A DNA stretch of 51,738 nt, taken from an uncultured Enterobacteriaceae bacterium. GTDB taxonomy: Bacteria > Pseudomonadota > Gammaproteobacteria > Eutrophobiales > Eutrophobiaceae. Position 1 is the stretch's first letter. The number at the start of each line of letters is the position of its first letter. The DNA lies in NCBI GenBank assembly GCA_964402775.1, contig CAYOEQ010000002.1:1-51738 (forward strand), read 5' to 3'. A program made the translations under genes and the position numbers. Of the stretch, positions 18,769-29,104 are shown in pieces. The notes under the pieces are model-generated. The model ran no database searches. It was not told the origin of the DNA and saw only the letters and a program-made list of their open reading frames with translations.

Positions 18769-18863
18769 GTTGGACTTCCTCATTCGGTCGGTCATGTACC
18801 GTCATGTACACTCCCTCCCTCATTCGTCGTCCGCCTCGCCTGGCAAAAAAAATCCGGCGTTAA

Positions 18864-18889
18864 AACTTGTCTTTTTTTCGCCATGCTTC
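18864..18889. repeat. 26-nt direct repeat, copy 2 (abuts and overlaps the fabH stop codon)
   Basis: Identical 26-mer. The two copies lie 121 bp apart and bracket 95 bp of unrelated sequence (18769-18863). Confidence 0.95.
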
Positions 18890-19844
18890 AATATCGCAGC
18901 AATGCAGAGCCCCAGGTAAAGCCTCCACCAACGGCTTCCATCAATATGACATCCCTGCGCTTGATGCGCCCATCACGAATGCCCACGTCAAGCGCCAGGG
19001 GAATTGAAGCGGCTGAGGTGTTGCCATGTTCCGCCACGGTCAAAATCACATCATCCATACTGATGCCCAGCTTCTTTACGGTAGCGGCAATGATTCGCTG
19101 GTTTGCCTGATGGGGCACAAGCCAGTCTATATCCGTTTTCGTCAAACCGGAATCGTCGAGGGTTTCATCTACGATCTCATCCAGTTTTTGCACGGCAAAC
19201 TTGAAGACTTCATTACCGCGCATTCTGATGAAAGGCTCTCCTTTCGGTCCGGAAACTCCTGACGGCACTTTCAGGTAATCGCTGTAACTGCCGTCAGCGT
19301 GTAACAATGTCCTGTAGATACCGGGCTCAGCACTGCTTCCAAGGATAACGGCGCCGGCGCCGTCGCCGAACAATACACAGGTCGAACGGTCTGTCCAATC
19401 CAGTATCCTGGAGTTCATGTCGGCGCCGATGACAAGTGCGCAGCGGGTTTCCCCGGTGCGGATAAATCGATCGGCAATACTCAATGCATAAATAAAACCG
19501 GAACATACGGCCTGCACGTCAAATGCTGCAGAACCGTTACGCAGACCCAGTTTTTTCTGCAACAGGCAGGCAGTGCTGGGGTAGATCAGGTCGGGAGTTG
19601 ATGTGGCAACGATGATCAGATCGATGCTGTCAGGCTTGATTCCGGCCATGTCTATGGCGCGAAGCGATGCATTGCAGGCCATGTCTGACGTGGTCTCATC
19701 CTCCCTGGCAATATGCCGCTGTCTTATGCCTGTTCTCGACCGGATCCATTCATCAGTTGTCTCAACCAGGTTTTCCAGTTCGGAATTGTGCATGATCCGT
19801 TCAGGAAGATATGCGCCGCTGGCAATGATGTGCGAGTAAAGCAC
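18888..19844 (-). CDS. fabH: 3-oxoacyl-ACP synthase III
   Basis: QAVCSGF (active Cys), HQANQRII and [12 protein letters not shown] start. Confidence 0.95.
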   Translation of the reverse strand: MLYSHIIASGAYLPERIMHNSELENLVETTDEWIRSRTGIRQRHIAREDETTSDMACNASLRAIDMAGIKPDSIDLIIVATSTPDLIYPSTACLLQKKLGLRNGSAAFDVQAVCSGFIYALSIADRFIRTGETRCALVIGADMNSRILDWTDRSTCVLFGDGAGAVILGSSAEPGIYRTLLHADGSYSDYLKVPSGVSGPKGEPFIRMRGNEVFKFAVQKLDEIVDETLDDSGLTKTDIDWLVPHQANQRIIAATVKKLGISMDDVILTVAEHGNTSAASIPLALDVGIRDGRIKRRDVILMEAVGGGFTWGSALLRY

Positions 19845-19847
19845 CGG

Positions 19848-20861
19848 TCACTTCCCGGTTAACAGCACTTCCAGTCGTGAAGCGATACGTGCGGGTATAT
19901 TTTTCTCAACTTCAAGAATGGCTTCTTCGATTGCGTGAGCAAAAGACAAGCGATCTGCACTGCCGTGGCTTTTTATTACAATTCCGCGCAACCCGAGCAG
20001 ACTGGCGCCATTATGGCGCCTGGGATCGGTTCTCCTGCGAATGGATTTGAGAATCGGCAATGAAGTGAGTGCGGCCAGTTTGCCATACAGACCCCGTTGA
20101 AAGCTCATGTTAACGTGATGCAGAAAAAATTCTGCTACGCCCTCACTGGCCTTCAGCGCGATATTACCGACAAAACCATCACAAACAATCACATGAGCAT
20201 CACCGGAATAAATATGGTTGCCTTCGACAAACCCGATGAAATTAAGGTGGCTCCTGTCCAAAAGGATTTTTGCTTTTTTTACGCGATCATTACCCTTGTT
20301 GTCCTCAGTCCCGACATTCAGCAGGGCTACTTTCGGCGCACTGATGTTCTCAACAGCGCCGGACAACTCCGCCCCCATAACCGCAAACTGGAATAATTGT
20401 TCCGGACTGGAATCAACGTTCGCGCCAAGGTCAAGAATGTGGGTGTGACTGTTAATGCCTGGTATGATTGTGCATATGGCAGGCCTGTCTATGCCAGGCA
20501 ACATCTTGAGAATATAGCGTGAAATTGCCATCAAGGCGCCGGTGTTGCCTGCGCTGACGCAGGCATGGGCCTGCCCCTTCTTAACCTGTTCGATGGCGAC
20601 CCGCATGGATGAGTTTTTTTTGTTACGCAGCGCCGAGGAAGGCGCTTCATCCATTGTTACTACTTCTGGCGCATGAAGCACCTGGATGCGGACAGCCAGT
20701 TCGTGATTCAGGTGGGCCAGCCTTGGTTTGATTATATCTTCCAGCCCTACCAGAAGAAGTTCGAGATCCCGGTGTTTTTTCAGTGAGTGTATCGCTGCGG
20801 GGACAATCTCGCCGGGCCCATGGTCCCCTCCCATGGCATCAAGCGCAAGACGGTATCCCAT
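19848..20861 (-). CDS. plsX: Phosphate acyltransferase
   Basis: LDAMGGDHGP N-terminus and the rpmF-plsX-fabH synteny. Confidence 0.95.
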   Translation of the reverse strand: MGYRLALDAMGGDHGPGEIVPAAIHSLKKHRDLELLLVGLEDIIKPRLAHLNHELAVRIQVLHAPEVVTMDEAPSSALRNKKNSSMRVAIEQVKKGQAHACVSAGNTGALMAISRYILKMLPGIDRPAICTIIPGINSHTHILDLGANVDSSPEQLFQFAVMGAELSGAVENISAPKVALLNVGTEDNKGNDRVKKAKILLDRSHLNFIGFVEGNHIYSGDAHVIVCDGFVGNIALKASEGVAEFFLHHVNMSFQRGLYGKLAALTSLPILKSIRRRTDPRRHNGASLLGLRGIVIKSHGSADRLSFAHAIEEAILEVEKNIPARIASRLEVLLTGK

Positions 20862-20890
20862 TTCAGATCAATAACGATCTCAAATGCGGG

Positions 20891-21076
20891 CTATTCATCC
20901 TCGTCCTCGGTATTCAGCACCTTTTCTCCCCGATAATACCCGTCGGGGCTGACGTGGTGGCGCCTGTGCACTTCACCTGTCGTCGGCTCAATTGATAAAC
21001 AGGGGGGAGACAGCGAGTCGTGGGCGCGCCGGGAATCCCGTTTTGCGGTCGATTTTTTTCTTTGCTGTACAGCCAT
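20891..21076 (-). CDS. rpmF: 50S ribosomal protein L32
   Basis: [19 protein letters not shown]. Confidence 0.96.
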   Translation of the reverse strand: MAVQQRKKSTAKRDSRRAHDSLSPPCLSIEPTTGEVHRRHHVSPDGYYRGEKVLNTEDEDE

Positions 21077-21093
21077 AATTCAAATTCTCCTGT

Positions 21094-21597
21094 CTATCCG
21101 GATTTTAGCTTCTGTAATACGTGAAACGGGCCTGAAGCGGCGTTGTCGTTCTGCCTTACCTGTTCTGCCGCAGCGCATTCCTGCAATTCGTGCATGGGTG
21201 AAATCGGTAAGCCCAGTAAAATTTCTTCTTCAATAAAATCTGCCAGTAAAATAGTATCTCCCGTCAGCACCAGTGGTTCTGCTGAAGCAGGCAATTTATT
21301 CGCCGATCCTGATACTGCAAAAGTTACCCCGACGTTGATCATTTCCGCAAGTTTTACCGTTACGGGCTCCAGGCAGCGCTGGCAAGTCAACTGCATTTCC
21401 GTTTCATAACTGCCGGTGATACATGTCAACCCGTTCTCGGTGCGACTGAAAGCCAGTCTCAGGCTAACCCTGCCCCGGCTGTCTGCCAGTAACTTTGCAA
21501 GACGCGTCATTTCGTTCAATCCTACCTGCCCTTCCAGGTGAACGCCTTCAATTGCAAGGCGCTCGGGATCGATGTATTGAGGCAGGTCCGACGACAT
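21094..21597 (-). CDS. yceD: YceD (DUF177) large-subunit rRNA accumulation protein
   Basis: It lies upstream of rpmF and contains a TCQRCLEPV segment. I prefer ATG 21597 (MSSDLPQY) over the upstream 21636. Confidence 0.85.
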   Translation of the reverse strand: MSSDLPQYIDPERLAIEGVHLEGQVGLNEMTRLAKLLADSRGRVSLRLAFSRTENGLTCITGSYETEMQLTCQRCLEPVTVKLAEMINVGVTFAVSGSANKLPASAEPLVLTGDTILLADFIEEEILLGLPISPMHELQECAAAEQVRQNDNAASGPFHVLQKLKSG

Positions 21598-21676
21598 CAG
21601 AAAGGGAAGTTTAGCGATTGCGAAACGTACTGTCAAACTATTGACTTAACAGCAGATTACAGATCATCATGTGTAA

Positions 21677-22264
21677 ATGGCTGCAGCTACGGAACTAATT
21701 CTGGCTTCTTCATCGGTGCACCGCATTGGATTGATGGAACGGTTGCGGATTCCTTTTCGCAGCCAATCGCCGAATATTGATGAAAGCATTATGGATAATG
21801 AAACGCCGGCGGCTTTAGTCAAACGCCTGGCTTTGGCCAAGGCCCTGGAAGTGGCCAAGAGTTACCCGGACGCGCTGGTTATCGGGTCAGACGAGGTCGC
21901 TACAGTAGACGGGCAAATCCTTAATAAACCTGAAGACCATGCAGGCGCAGTGAGACAACTCAGGATGATGTCAGGACAGGTCGTGGATTTTCTGACCGGT
22001 GTATGTCTCGTCAACAGCAGGACAGGATACCGTCAACTTGACATGGTGACCGTAGAAGTCCATTTCAGGGTATTGACCGACGCCGGGATACATCGGTACC
22101 TGGATTGGGATAAGCCATATGACTGTGCGGGGAGTTTCAAATCAGAAACCGCCGGCATTACTCTGGTTGACAGGATAAGCAGTGACGACAACACTGCCCT
22201 ATTGGGACTTCCCTTGATAAGCCTGCAAAGGATGTTGCGTAACGAAGGTTATATCATACCTTAG
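21677..22264 (+). CDS. yceF: Maf-like nucleoside triphosphate pyrophosphatase
   Basis: LILASSS..R..L N-terminus. It is divergent from yceD as in E. coli. Confidence 0.85.
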   Translation: MAAATELILASSSVHRIGLMERLRIPFRSQSPNIDESIMDNETPAALVKRLALAKALEVAKSYPDALVIGSDEVATVDGQILNKPEDHAGAVRQLRMMSGQVVDFLTGVCLVNSRTGYRQLDMVTVEVHFRVLTDAGIHRYLDWDKPYDCAGSFKSETAGITLVDRISSDDNTALLGLPLISLQRMLRNEGYIIP

Positions 22265-23190
22265 AAGAGCGCACCCAGACTGCGTGAGAATTGATTCAGG
22301 AAGGTCTCCCGGTAAGTAAAGTCCACGATATCTTCAGCGCCGATAACTTCCCGGGCAACATAGTCGGCGTTGCCCAGTTCGTCCACCAGACCTAACTCAA
22401 TGGACTGCTCGCCGGTCCATATCAAACCGGAGAAAATTCTTTCATCATCGGCGAGGCGCTCCCCGCGGCCTTGCTTGACGGTTTCCACAAATTGTTGATA
22501 AATATCGTTCAACAGGTGATCGAGATGTTCCATCTCTTCCTGGCGTTGCGGTGAAAACGGGTCCATAAAGGCCTTGTGGTCGCCTGCATGATAAATACGC
22601 CGCTCTATTCCCAGTTTATTCAGCGTATCCACAAAACCGAAACCGGCCGCAATGACACCGATAGAGCCAACCAGGCTGGCCTTGTCGGCATAGATGCTGT
22701 CAGCCGCAACAGCAACATAATAACCGCCGGATGCACAGAGATCGCCTATCACGGCAAAAACAGGGATGTCGGGATATTCATTTTTCAGACGATTTATCTC
22801 GTCATTGACATGGCCGGCCTGTACCGGGCTTCCACCGGGACTATTGATGCGGATAATGATGCCTTCTGTATTGCCGTCTTCGTAAGCAGCCCGCAAGCTG
22901 GCCGTCACATAATCCGCCCTGGCCTGTTCGCCGGGAGCAATAATGCCCTGTATGTCGATCAGTGCCGTATGTTTGCCGGTTTTCAGAGTGGCCGGGGAAA
23001 TATCGGCTTTGCCAATCAGGTAAACCGCCAGGAAAATCGATACGATTAAGGCAAGGAACACTCTGAATGCGATATTCCAGCGCCTGGCGCGCCGTTGTTC
23101 GGCAAGGAATTCCCGGGCAATCCGGTTTACCAGGGCCTGTTCGAATCCGGGATCCGTCTTATCGGCGTTATCTTGCCACGGGTCACTCAT
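22261..23190 (-). CDS. sppA: Signal peptide peptidase SppA, 36K type (S49)
   Basis: N-terminal transmembrane segment and CASGGYYVAVAADSIYADKASLVGSIGV. Confidence 0.85.
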   Translation of the reverse strand: MSDPWQDNADKTDPGFEQALVNRIAREFLAEQRRARRWNIAFRVFLALIVSIFLAVYLIGKADISPATLKTGKHTALIDIQGIIAPGEQARADYVTASLRAAYEDGNTEGIIIRINSPGGSPVQAGHVNDEINRLKNEYPDIPVFAVIGDLCASGGYYVAVAADSIYADKASLVGSIGVIAAGFGFVDTLNKLGIERRIYHAGDHKAFMDPFSPQRQEEMEHLDHLLNDIYQQFVETVKQGRGERLADDERIFSGLIWTGEQSIELGLVDELGNADYVAREVIGAEDIVDFTYRETFLNQFSRSLGALF

Positions 23191-23232
23191 AACAGCAACT
23201 GCATAAAGCTATTGAGCCGGATTCCTCATCAG

Positions 23233-25254
23233 TTATTCTTCTGGTGAGGCGCTGACGGGCGCTTCCTTTTTCTCCGAGGCCCGCCCCGGGGAAGCGTTGG
23301 TTTCAGCAGGTTCACTTGTCTGTTTTTTTTCGCGTGCGCTCCTGTTCCTGGAAGCAGAACGGGATTGCCTGTTGTCACCGCCCCCCTGGTCGCGATTGCC
23401 TTGTCTGCGTTGACTGTTGCCGGACGTGTTTTCGTTTCTCCTGGAACTCCTGCGCTGTTGTTGCCGGCCGGCGTTGTTTCCGGAAGGCCTGCTCCTGCTC
23501 CTGTTGCGCGAGGTCTGTGGTTTCCTTGGCTTTGAAGGCGGTTCCTGCTTTTCCGGGACCTCGGCATTATTACCGAATAACCCGCCGAACAACCTGCTCA
23601 TCAGGCCTTTCTCCTTGTCCTGTCTTGTCGAAGGAGCGGGCCTGTCCGGCATGATCTGCGTCAAGGCAGGTTTTTCCGGTGTTTTACGGCTGTCACTGGA
23701 TACGGCGTGGCCGGCATTGTCCTGTTTTGTCTCAGCAAATTTGTAGCTCTCTTTCTGGGATGAATCCGATGACGACTCAGACAGGTTGATGCGTTGCACC
23801 AGATATTGGGGCGTTTCCATCATGGGATTGGGACTGATGATGATTTCCACGTCCAGCCGTTGCTCTATCTCGCGTATGGCCTGGCGTTTTTCGTTCAGTA
23901 AAAATGTGGCGGCTTCAACCGATAATTGGGCCACCACTTTGGCAGTCAACTCTTTCATCGCTTCTTCCTGAATAATCCGCAACACCGAGAGTGACAGGGA
24001 CTTAACCCCGCGAATGGTCCCCTGCCCGTCACAACGCGGGCATGGAATATGGCTCGATTCTCCAAGTGACGGCCGTAATCGCTGGCGCGACATTTCCAGC
24101 AGGCCGAAGCGGGAAATACGCCCCGTTTGCACCCTGGCTCGGTCCACCTTCAGACCGTCCCTCAGGCGATTTTCCACTTCACGCTGGTTCCGGTTATTGG
24201 TCATGTCGATAAAGTCTATGACAAACAGGCCGCCGAGGTCGCGCAGGCGCAATTGCCGGGCAATTTCATCGGCCGCTTCCAGATTCGTATTAAACGCCGT
24301 CTCTTCTATATCCTCGCCCTTGGTGGCGCGCGCCGAGTTGATGTCGATTGACGTGAGCGCCTCCGTATGATCAATTATAAGCACCCCTCCTGACGGGAGT
24401 TGAACATCGCGGGCAAAGGCGGTTTCAATCTGCCCCTCGATCTGGTAGCGGCTGAATAAAGGATCGCTGCCTGAATACAGTTTCAGTTTTTGCAGGTTAT
24501 GGGGCATGACCTGCTGCATGAAGTCGCGCGCCCGGTGGAAGATGTCGTTATCGTCGATCCATATCTCGGCAATATCGCTCCTGAGGTAATCCCGGATCGC
24601 CCTGATGATGACTTCGCTTTCCTGGTAGATAAGGAACGGGCCGGGCTTTTCCTTGGCGGTTGTCTTGATGGAATCCCAGAGCATATTCAGGTAGTCCAGG
24701 TCCCATTGAAGTTCTTCAGCGCTTTTGCCTACGCCGGCGGTGCGCAATATCAAGCCCATGCCCTGGGGAATTTCCAGGGTGCTCATCGCCTCACGGGCAT
24801 CGCTGCGATCATTGCCCTCAATTTGCCTGGAAACGCCCCCCGCCCTGGGATTATTCGGCATAAGCACCAGGTAGCGTCCGGCAAGACTGATAAAAGTGGT
24901 CAGCGCAGCTCCCTTGTTACCGCGTTCTTCCTTTTCGACCTGGACAATATATTCCTGTCCTACCTCCAGGGCATCCTTTACGTTTATGCGCCCGCGGTTA
25001 TCATCACTGTTCTTGGATTTTAACAGGGAACGGGCTATTTCCTTGAAGGGGAGGAAGCCGTGCCTCTCAGCGCCGAAATCGACGAATGCGGCTTCAAGAC
25101 TGGGTTCTATCCTGACTATCCGGCATTTATAGATGTTCGACTTCTTCTGTTCCCTGCCTGTTGCCTCGATATCAAGATCATACAAGCGTTGGCCATCCAC
25201 TAGCGCCACCCGCAACTCTTCCGGTTGAGTTGCGTTAATCAACATTCTCTTCAT
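23233..25254 (-). CDS. rne: Ribonuclease E (short C-terminal region)
   Basis: [30 protein letters not shown] at ATG 25254, an S1 domain, DFIDM, and the CPRCDGQG zinc link. The tail is Arg-rich and low in complexity. Confidence 0.92.
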   Translation of the reverse strand: MKRMLINATQPEELRVALVDGQRLYDLDIEATGREQKKSNIYKCRIVRIEPSLEAAFVDFGAERHGFLPFKEIARSLLKSKNSDDNRGRINVKDALEVGQEYIVQVEKEERGNKGAALTTFISLAGRYLVLMPNNPRAGGVSRQIEGNDRSDAREAMSTLEIPQGMGLILRTAGVGKSAEELQWDLDYLNMLWDSIKTTAKEKPGPFLIYQESEVIIRAIRDYLRSDIAEIWIDDNDIFHRARDFMQQVMPHNLQKLKLYSGSDPLFSRYQIEGQIETAFARDVQLPSGGVLIIDHTEALTSIDINSARATKGEDIEETAFNTNLEAADEIARQLRLRDLGGLFVIDFIDMTNNRNQREVENRLRDGLKVDRARVQTGRISRFGLLEMSRQRLRPSLGESSHIPCPRCDGQGTIRGVKSLSLSVLRIIQEEAMKELTAKVVAQLSVEAATFLLNEKRQAIREIEQRLDVEIIISPNPMMETPQYLVQRINLSESSSDSSQKESYKFAETKQDNAGHAVSSDSRKTPEKPALTQIMPDRPAPSTRQDKEKGLMSRLFGGLFGNNAEVPEKQEPPSKPRKPQTSRNRSRSRPSGNNAGRQQQRRSSRRNENTSGNSQRRQGNRDQGGGDNRQSRSASRNRSAREKKQTSEPAETNASPGRASEKKEAPVSASPEE

Positions 25255-25701
25255 TGTCTGTGTGTCCTTTACGCAATGGCCCGACCACACGCCGACTTGC
25301 AGTCAGTGGTCGAATATCCCGGCCGTCAGCCGGAAGCCATGTTAATCTGTAATCGTGCTGCCGTTCAGCAGCTACGATATTAATCCCGGGATTACAATTT
25401 TGGGTTCATTCTGATGCATGACGCAGTTCTGTTCCCGGGCTGTCAATGTACTTTATCTGCTCGGCCTTAACCCTGGTGGGTTAAAACCTGGTAATACGTT
25501 TTCCTGCAAATGTTATGTCTCCATCTATACATCTCATTCAGGGCAGGAGCGATGTTGTTTCGATCCGTCAGGATCGGCTCCTTCTTTCAAGTTTTTGCCT
25601 GTTAAAGACAGGCGCCCTGTTATGGCTTATCCTTGCAGGATATCTGATTATCAGCTTAAGCAGGAACACTATACCAGACTTGGGCCGTTACGGCAATATC
25701 G
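25255..25701 (-). promoter_or_regulatory. Long rne 5' leader plus divergent rluC promoter region
   Basis: About 450 nt of non-coding sequence lie between the divergent rne and rluC genes, the same arrangement as E. coli. There are several short stem-loops and a perfect 14-bp palindrome, taatcccgggatta, at 25381-25394. Confidence 0.4.
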
Positions 25702-25710
25702 TTGTTCAAA

Positions 25711-26694
25711 ATGTCACAACCCGGTAACAGAAAAAGCAAGCCCGCAAACATGGTAATCGGCGCTGACCAGGCCGGCCGGCGTATCGATAACTTTTTGTTT
25801 TCACGTCTCAACCGAATACCGAAAAGCCGAATTTACCAGATGTTGAGGCGGGGCGAAGTGAGGGTCAACGGAAGGCGGATCAAGCCCGATTACCGCCTGC
25901 AAACCGAAGATGAAATACGTATCCCCCCGGTATTTGAACAAAAATCCGGGACGCAGGACTCAGCACCCGCGTACCTGGTTGAGATGATTAGGGAATGTAT
26001 CATACACGAGGATGACAGGCTTGTCGTCATCAACAAGCCTGCCGGCCTGTCCGTACATGCGGGCACCGGCAGTAATTTCGGAGTGATAGAACTGCTGCGT
26101 GGGTTATTCCACCGCGAGGACAACCTGCACTTGATCCATCGGCTGGACAAGGAAACTTCCGGCTGCCTGATGATAGCAAAAAGCATGCCTGTCCTGCGCC
26201 AGGTCAACCTGGCGCTGAAAAAGGGCAATGTCCAGAAAGAATATGATGCGCTACTGAAAGGCCGCCTGCAGCAAAAAAAGACGATGGTGGATACCCCGTT
26301 GCAGCGTCACAGGAGTCGCTACGGGGAAGGAAGAGTCAAGGTCGAGGGATCCGGCAAGACTGCCCTGTCCGAGTTTAAAGCGCTGGAATTCTTCCGGGAT
26401 GCAACCCGCGTCAAAGTCAGGATCGGCACCGGACGAACCCACCAAATCAGGGTTCATGCCGACTCCATCGGTCATCCCATCGCCGGCGACAGGAAATACG
26501 GGGACAAGGAATTCAACAGGGAAATGCGTGCGGCCGGTCTGAAACGCATGTTCTTACACGCCGGCAAACTCTCCGTGCCTGAATTGAAAGCGACCGGAGC
26601 GTATCAGTTCAGCGCGCCGTTGCCGGTGGACCTTGAAGATATACTGAAACGTCTTGCTCACCAGGGCAAGTCATGGCGTGGAAAGGCAATATGA
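25711..26694 (+). CDS. rluC: 23S rRNA pseudouridine synthase RluC
   Basis: S4 domain (GRRIDNFL...) and the catalytic HRLDKETSGCLMIAK. I prefer ATG 25711 over TTG 25702. Confidence 0.9.
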   Translation: MSQPGNRKSKPANMVIGADQAGRRIDNFLFSRLNRIPKSRIYQMLRRGEVRVNGRRIKPDYRLQTEDEIRIPPVFEQKSGTQDSAPAYLVEMIRECIIHEDDRLVVINKPAGLSVHAGTGSNFGVIELLRGLFHREDNLHLIHRLDKETSGCLMIAKSMPVLRQVNLALKKGNVQKEYDALLKGRLQQKKTMVDTPLQRHRSRYGEGRVKVEGSGKTALSEFKALEFFRDATRVKVRIGTGRTHQIRVHADSIGHPIAGDRKYGDKEFNREMRAAGLKRMFLHAGKLSVPELKATGAYQFSAPLPVDLEDILKRLAHQGKSWRGKAI

Positions 26695-26706
26695 ACAGGC
26701 AGCCTT

Positions 26707-27438
26707 TTACTTCCTTGCCTCATCCATCAGGGTCTTCATGTCCTTGACCGCCTGGTAGAGACCGGAAAATACGGCCCTGGCTATGATGGAATGGCCAATA
26801 TTGAGTTCGGCCACCTGTTCGATTGAGGCGATTGGCCTGACATTATGGTAGTGCAATCCGTGTCCGGCATTAATCTGTAACGATGATGTCGCGGCGTGCT
26901 CGACAGCCCGGGCGATTTTATTGAATTCAATATCACGTGTTTCAGGGTTGTGGGCGTCTGCATAGTGGCCCGTATGGATTTCAATCATGTCTGCGCCGGC
27001 ATCAACCGCCGCGTCTATCTGGGCGGCGTCCGCATCTATAAACAGGGACACTCTGGAACCGCTTGCCTGCAGTCTGGCGCAGGCGGAGCGTATCCTGTCC
27101 GGCTGTCCGGCTACTTCCAGCCCCCCTTCGGTTGTCAGTTCCTCGCGCCGTTCCGGGACAAAACAGCAATAATCAGGTTGCAGTTTTTCGGCCAGTTCCA
27201 CCATTTCGTCCGTGACCGCCATTTCAAGGTTGATCGGAATCGTCAGCACGTCCTTCAACATCACTACGTCCCTTTCCTGGATATGCCGGCGGTCTTCCCG
27301 TAGATGTATCGTAATGGAGTCGGCGCCGGCCTGTTCGGCTTCCAGGGCAGCGTGTACCGGTTCCGGGTAACGAGTCAGCCTGGCCTGGCGCAGCGTTGCC
27401 ACGTGGTCGATGTTTACCCCCAGTTTTATTGGTTTCAT
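26707..27438 (-). CDS. pdxJ: Pyridoxine 5'-phosphate synthase
   Basis: [15 protein letters not shown]. Confidence 0.95.
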   Translation of the reverse strand: MKPIKLGVNIDHVATLRQARLTRYPEPVHAALEAEQAGADSITIHLREDRRHIQERDVVMLKDVLTIPINLEMAVTDEMVELAEKLQPDYCCFVPERREELTTEGGLEVAGQPDRIRSACARLQASGSRVSLFIDADAAQIDAAVDAGADMIEIHTGHYADAHNPETRDIEFNKIARAVEHAATSSLQINAGHGLHYHNVRPIASIEQVAELNIGHSIIARAVFSGLYQAVKDMKTLMDEARK

Positions 27439-27446
27439 GTGCTTTG

Positions 27447-28169
27447 CTACCGTTGCATGTTCATGCTGAACTGATAAAGTTCCCGGCTCACCAGGGGCTT
27501 GTCGCCCAGCAGGTTACCCAGCGCCTTGCGCATCAGTTGTTTGGCTTCTGCGAGAACGATCTCGTCGCCGAGGTTTTCTTCCGCCAGGGCCAGCAATGTC
27601 CGTCCTGATATTGCCAGACCACCCGGACCAGGTGATGTCCCCGGTTCCGGCCCTCTTTCCGGCAGGTAATTATAATCCTCATCCGGCCTGACGGCATTCC
27701 CCTCGGTATCCGAATCCAGCGCCAGGCCGTAACCCAGCGCTTCAAGCAATCGTTTTTCAAATATTCTGAGGGTAACCTGTTCAGTTGCGGTATCCGTTAA
27801 TTTTTCCAGCGTTTCTGCATAGGAGTCAAACAGTTCCGCATGAGGCTCATGCCTGTGCAGCAACCTGACCAGCAGTTCGTTAATGTAAAATATGGTCAAC
27901 AATGCGCCTGCTGCCTGTGGATTATTGCCATGACAGGGTTCCGCCCTGGTCAGTGTTCCAAGTTCCCTGCGCATGGTCCAGGCAATATTGATCTTCCGCC
28001 CCGGCTGCAATAGCGCGCGGCTATCATTTTTCTGTCTTCTTGCTCCTTTTGCCACCAGGCTTATCCTGCCGTACCGGCGGGAAAACACATCCAGTAACAG
28101 ACTTGTTTCACGATAGTTACGGTTGTGCAGGATATAACATGGATTGAGTTCAACTCTCACGATTTTCAA
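27447..28169 (-). CDS. recO: DNA repair protein RecO
   Basis: [26 protein letters not shown] and the era-recO-pdxJ synteny. TTG start. Confidence 0.9.
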   Translation of the reverse strand: MKIVRVELNPCYILHNRNYRETSLLLDVFSRRYGRISLVAKGARRQKNDSRALLQPGRKINIAWTMRRELGTLTRAEPCHGNNPQAAGALLTIFYINELLVRLLHRHEPHAELFDSYAETLEKLTDTATEQVTLRIFEKRLLEALGYGLALDSDTEGNAVRPDEDYNYLPERGPEPGTSPGPGGLAISGRTLLALAEENLGDEIVLAEAKQLMRKALGNLLGDKPLVSRELYQFSMNMQR

Positions 28170-28198
28170 TTCCCGGGAACCTGTGACCCCTGGTATTT

Positions 28199-29104
28199 CT
28201 AATCATACCCCAGCATCTTCAGCGCCTTGATATCTTCGGTCCAGTTCTTTTTTGTCTTGACCCAGGTTTGCAGGTATACCTTTTTTGAAAAGAATTTTTC
28301 CAGTTCAATTCGCGCCTCGGCGCCTATCGATTTCAGCACTTTGCCGTTTCCCCCAATGAGGATGGCCCGCTGCGAGCGGCGCTCCACCCAGATGGTGGCG
28401 GATATGCTCAACAGTTCCGGCTCATCCTTAAAGACGTCGATAGTGACGGACGTCCGGTAAGGCAGTTCATCACCCAGACGCTCCATCACTTTTTCCCTTA
28501 TATATTCAGCCGCCAGGAAGCGCGTGCTTCTGTCACTGATCTGATCGGTCGGAAACAAGGGTTCTCCGGGTGGGAGCATTGCAACTATCTTGCTCTCCAG
28601 CAGGTCGACATCTCTCCGGCGTCTGGCGCTGAGCGGCACAATCTCCGCAAATGGCAGCTTTTCCTTCAGGTTATCTATGTACGGCAACAGGCTTGCGCGC
28701 TCCTTGAGCAGGTCCAGCTTATTGATAACCAGTATCAGGGTTGCGCTGACTTCCTTCAACAGGTCGGCAACCAGGGCGTCATTATGACCCCACTTGACTG
28801 CTTCAACGACAAACAATACCACGTCTATATGCGATAATGAGTTGGTTACCTCCCTGTTCATATACCGGTTAATCGCGTTTTTGTGGTTATTCTGGTAGCC
28901 GGGCGTGTCGGTGAAGATTATCTGGTACTCCGGAGTTGATTTTATCCCCCGAATCTGCCAGCGCGTCGTTTGCGGTTTTCGTGTAACGATACTGATCTTG
29001 TGCTCTATCAGCCGGTTCAGCAGTGTCGATTTGCCGACGTTGGGACGGCCGACGATAGATACATAACCGGCCTTGAATTCCGGACCTTTAACTTTGGTCT
29101 GCAT
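28199..29104 (-). CDS. era: GTPase Era
   Basis: IVGRPNVGKSTL, DTPG, NKLD and a C-terminal KH domain. Confidence 0.95.
   Translation of the reverse strand: MQTKVKGPEFKAGYVSIVGRPNVGKSTLLNRLIEHKISIVTRKPQTTRWQIRGIKSTPEYQIIFTDTPGYQNNHKNAINRYMNREVTNSLSHIDVVLFVVEAVKWGHNDALVADLLKEVSATLILVINKLDLLKERASLLPYIDNLKEKLPFAEIVPLSARRRRDVDLLESKIVAMLPPGEPLFPTDQISDRSTRFLAAEYIREKVMERLGDELPYRTSVTIDVFKDEPELLSISATIWVERRSQRAILIGGNGKVLKSIGAEARIELEKFFSKKVYLQTWVKTKKNWTEDIKALKMLGYD

Noticed and set aside
23229-23746. Several 109-112-aa ORFs in both orientations over the rne 3' region
   Set aside because: They arise from the low-complexity Arg/Ser/Gly-coding repeats of the RNase E tail. The rne frame is continuous from the catalytic domain, so these are by-products.
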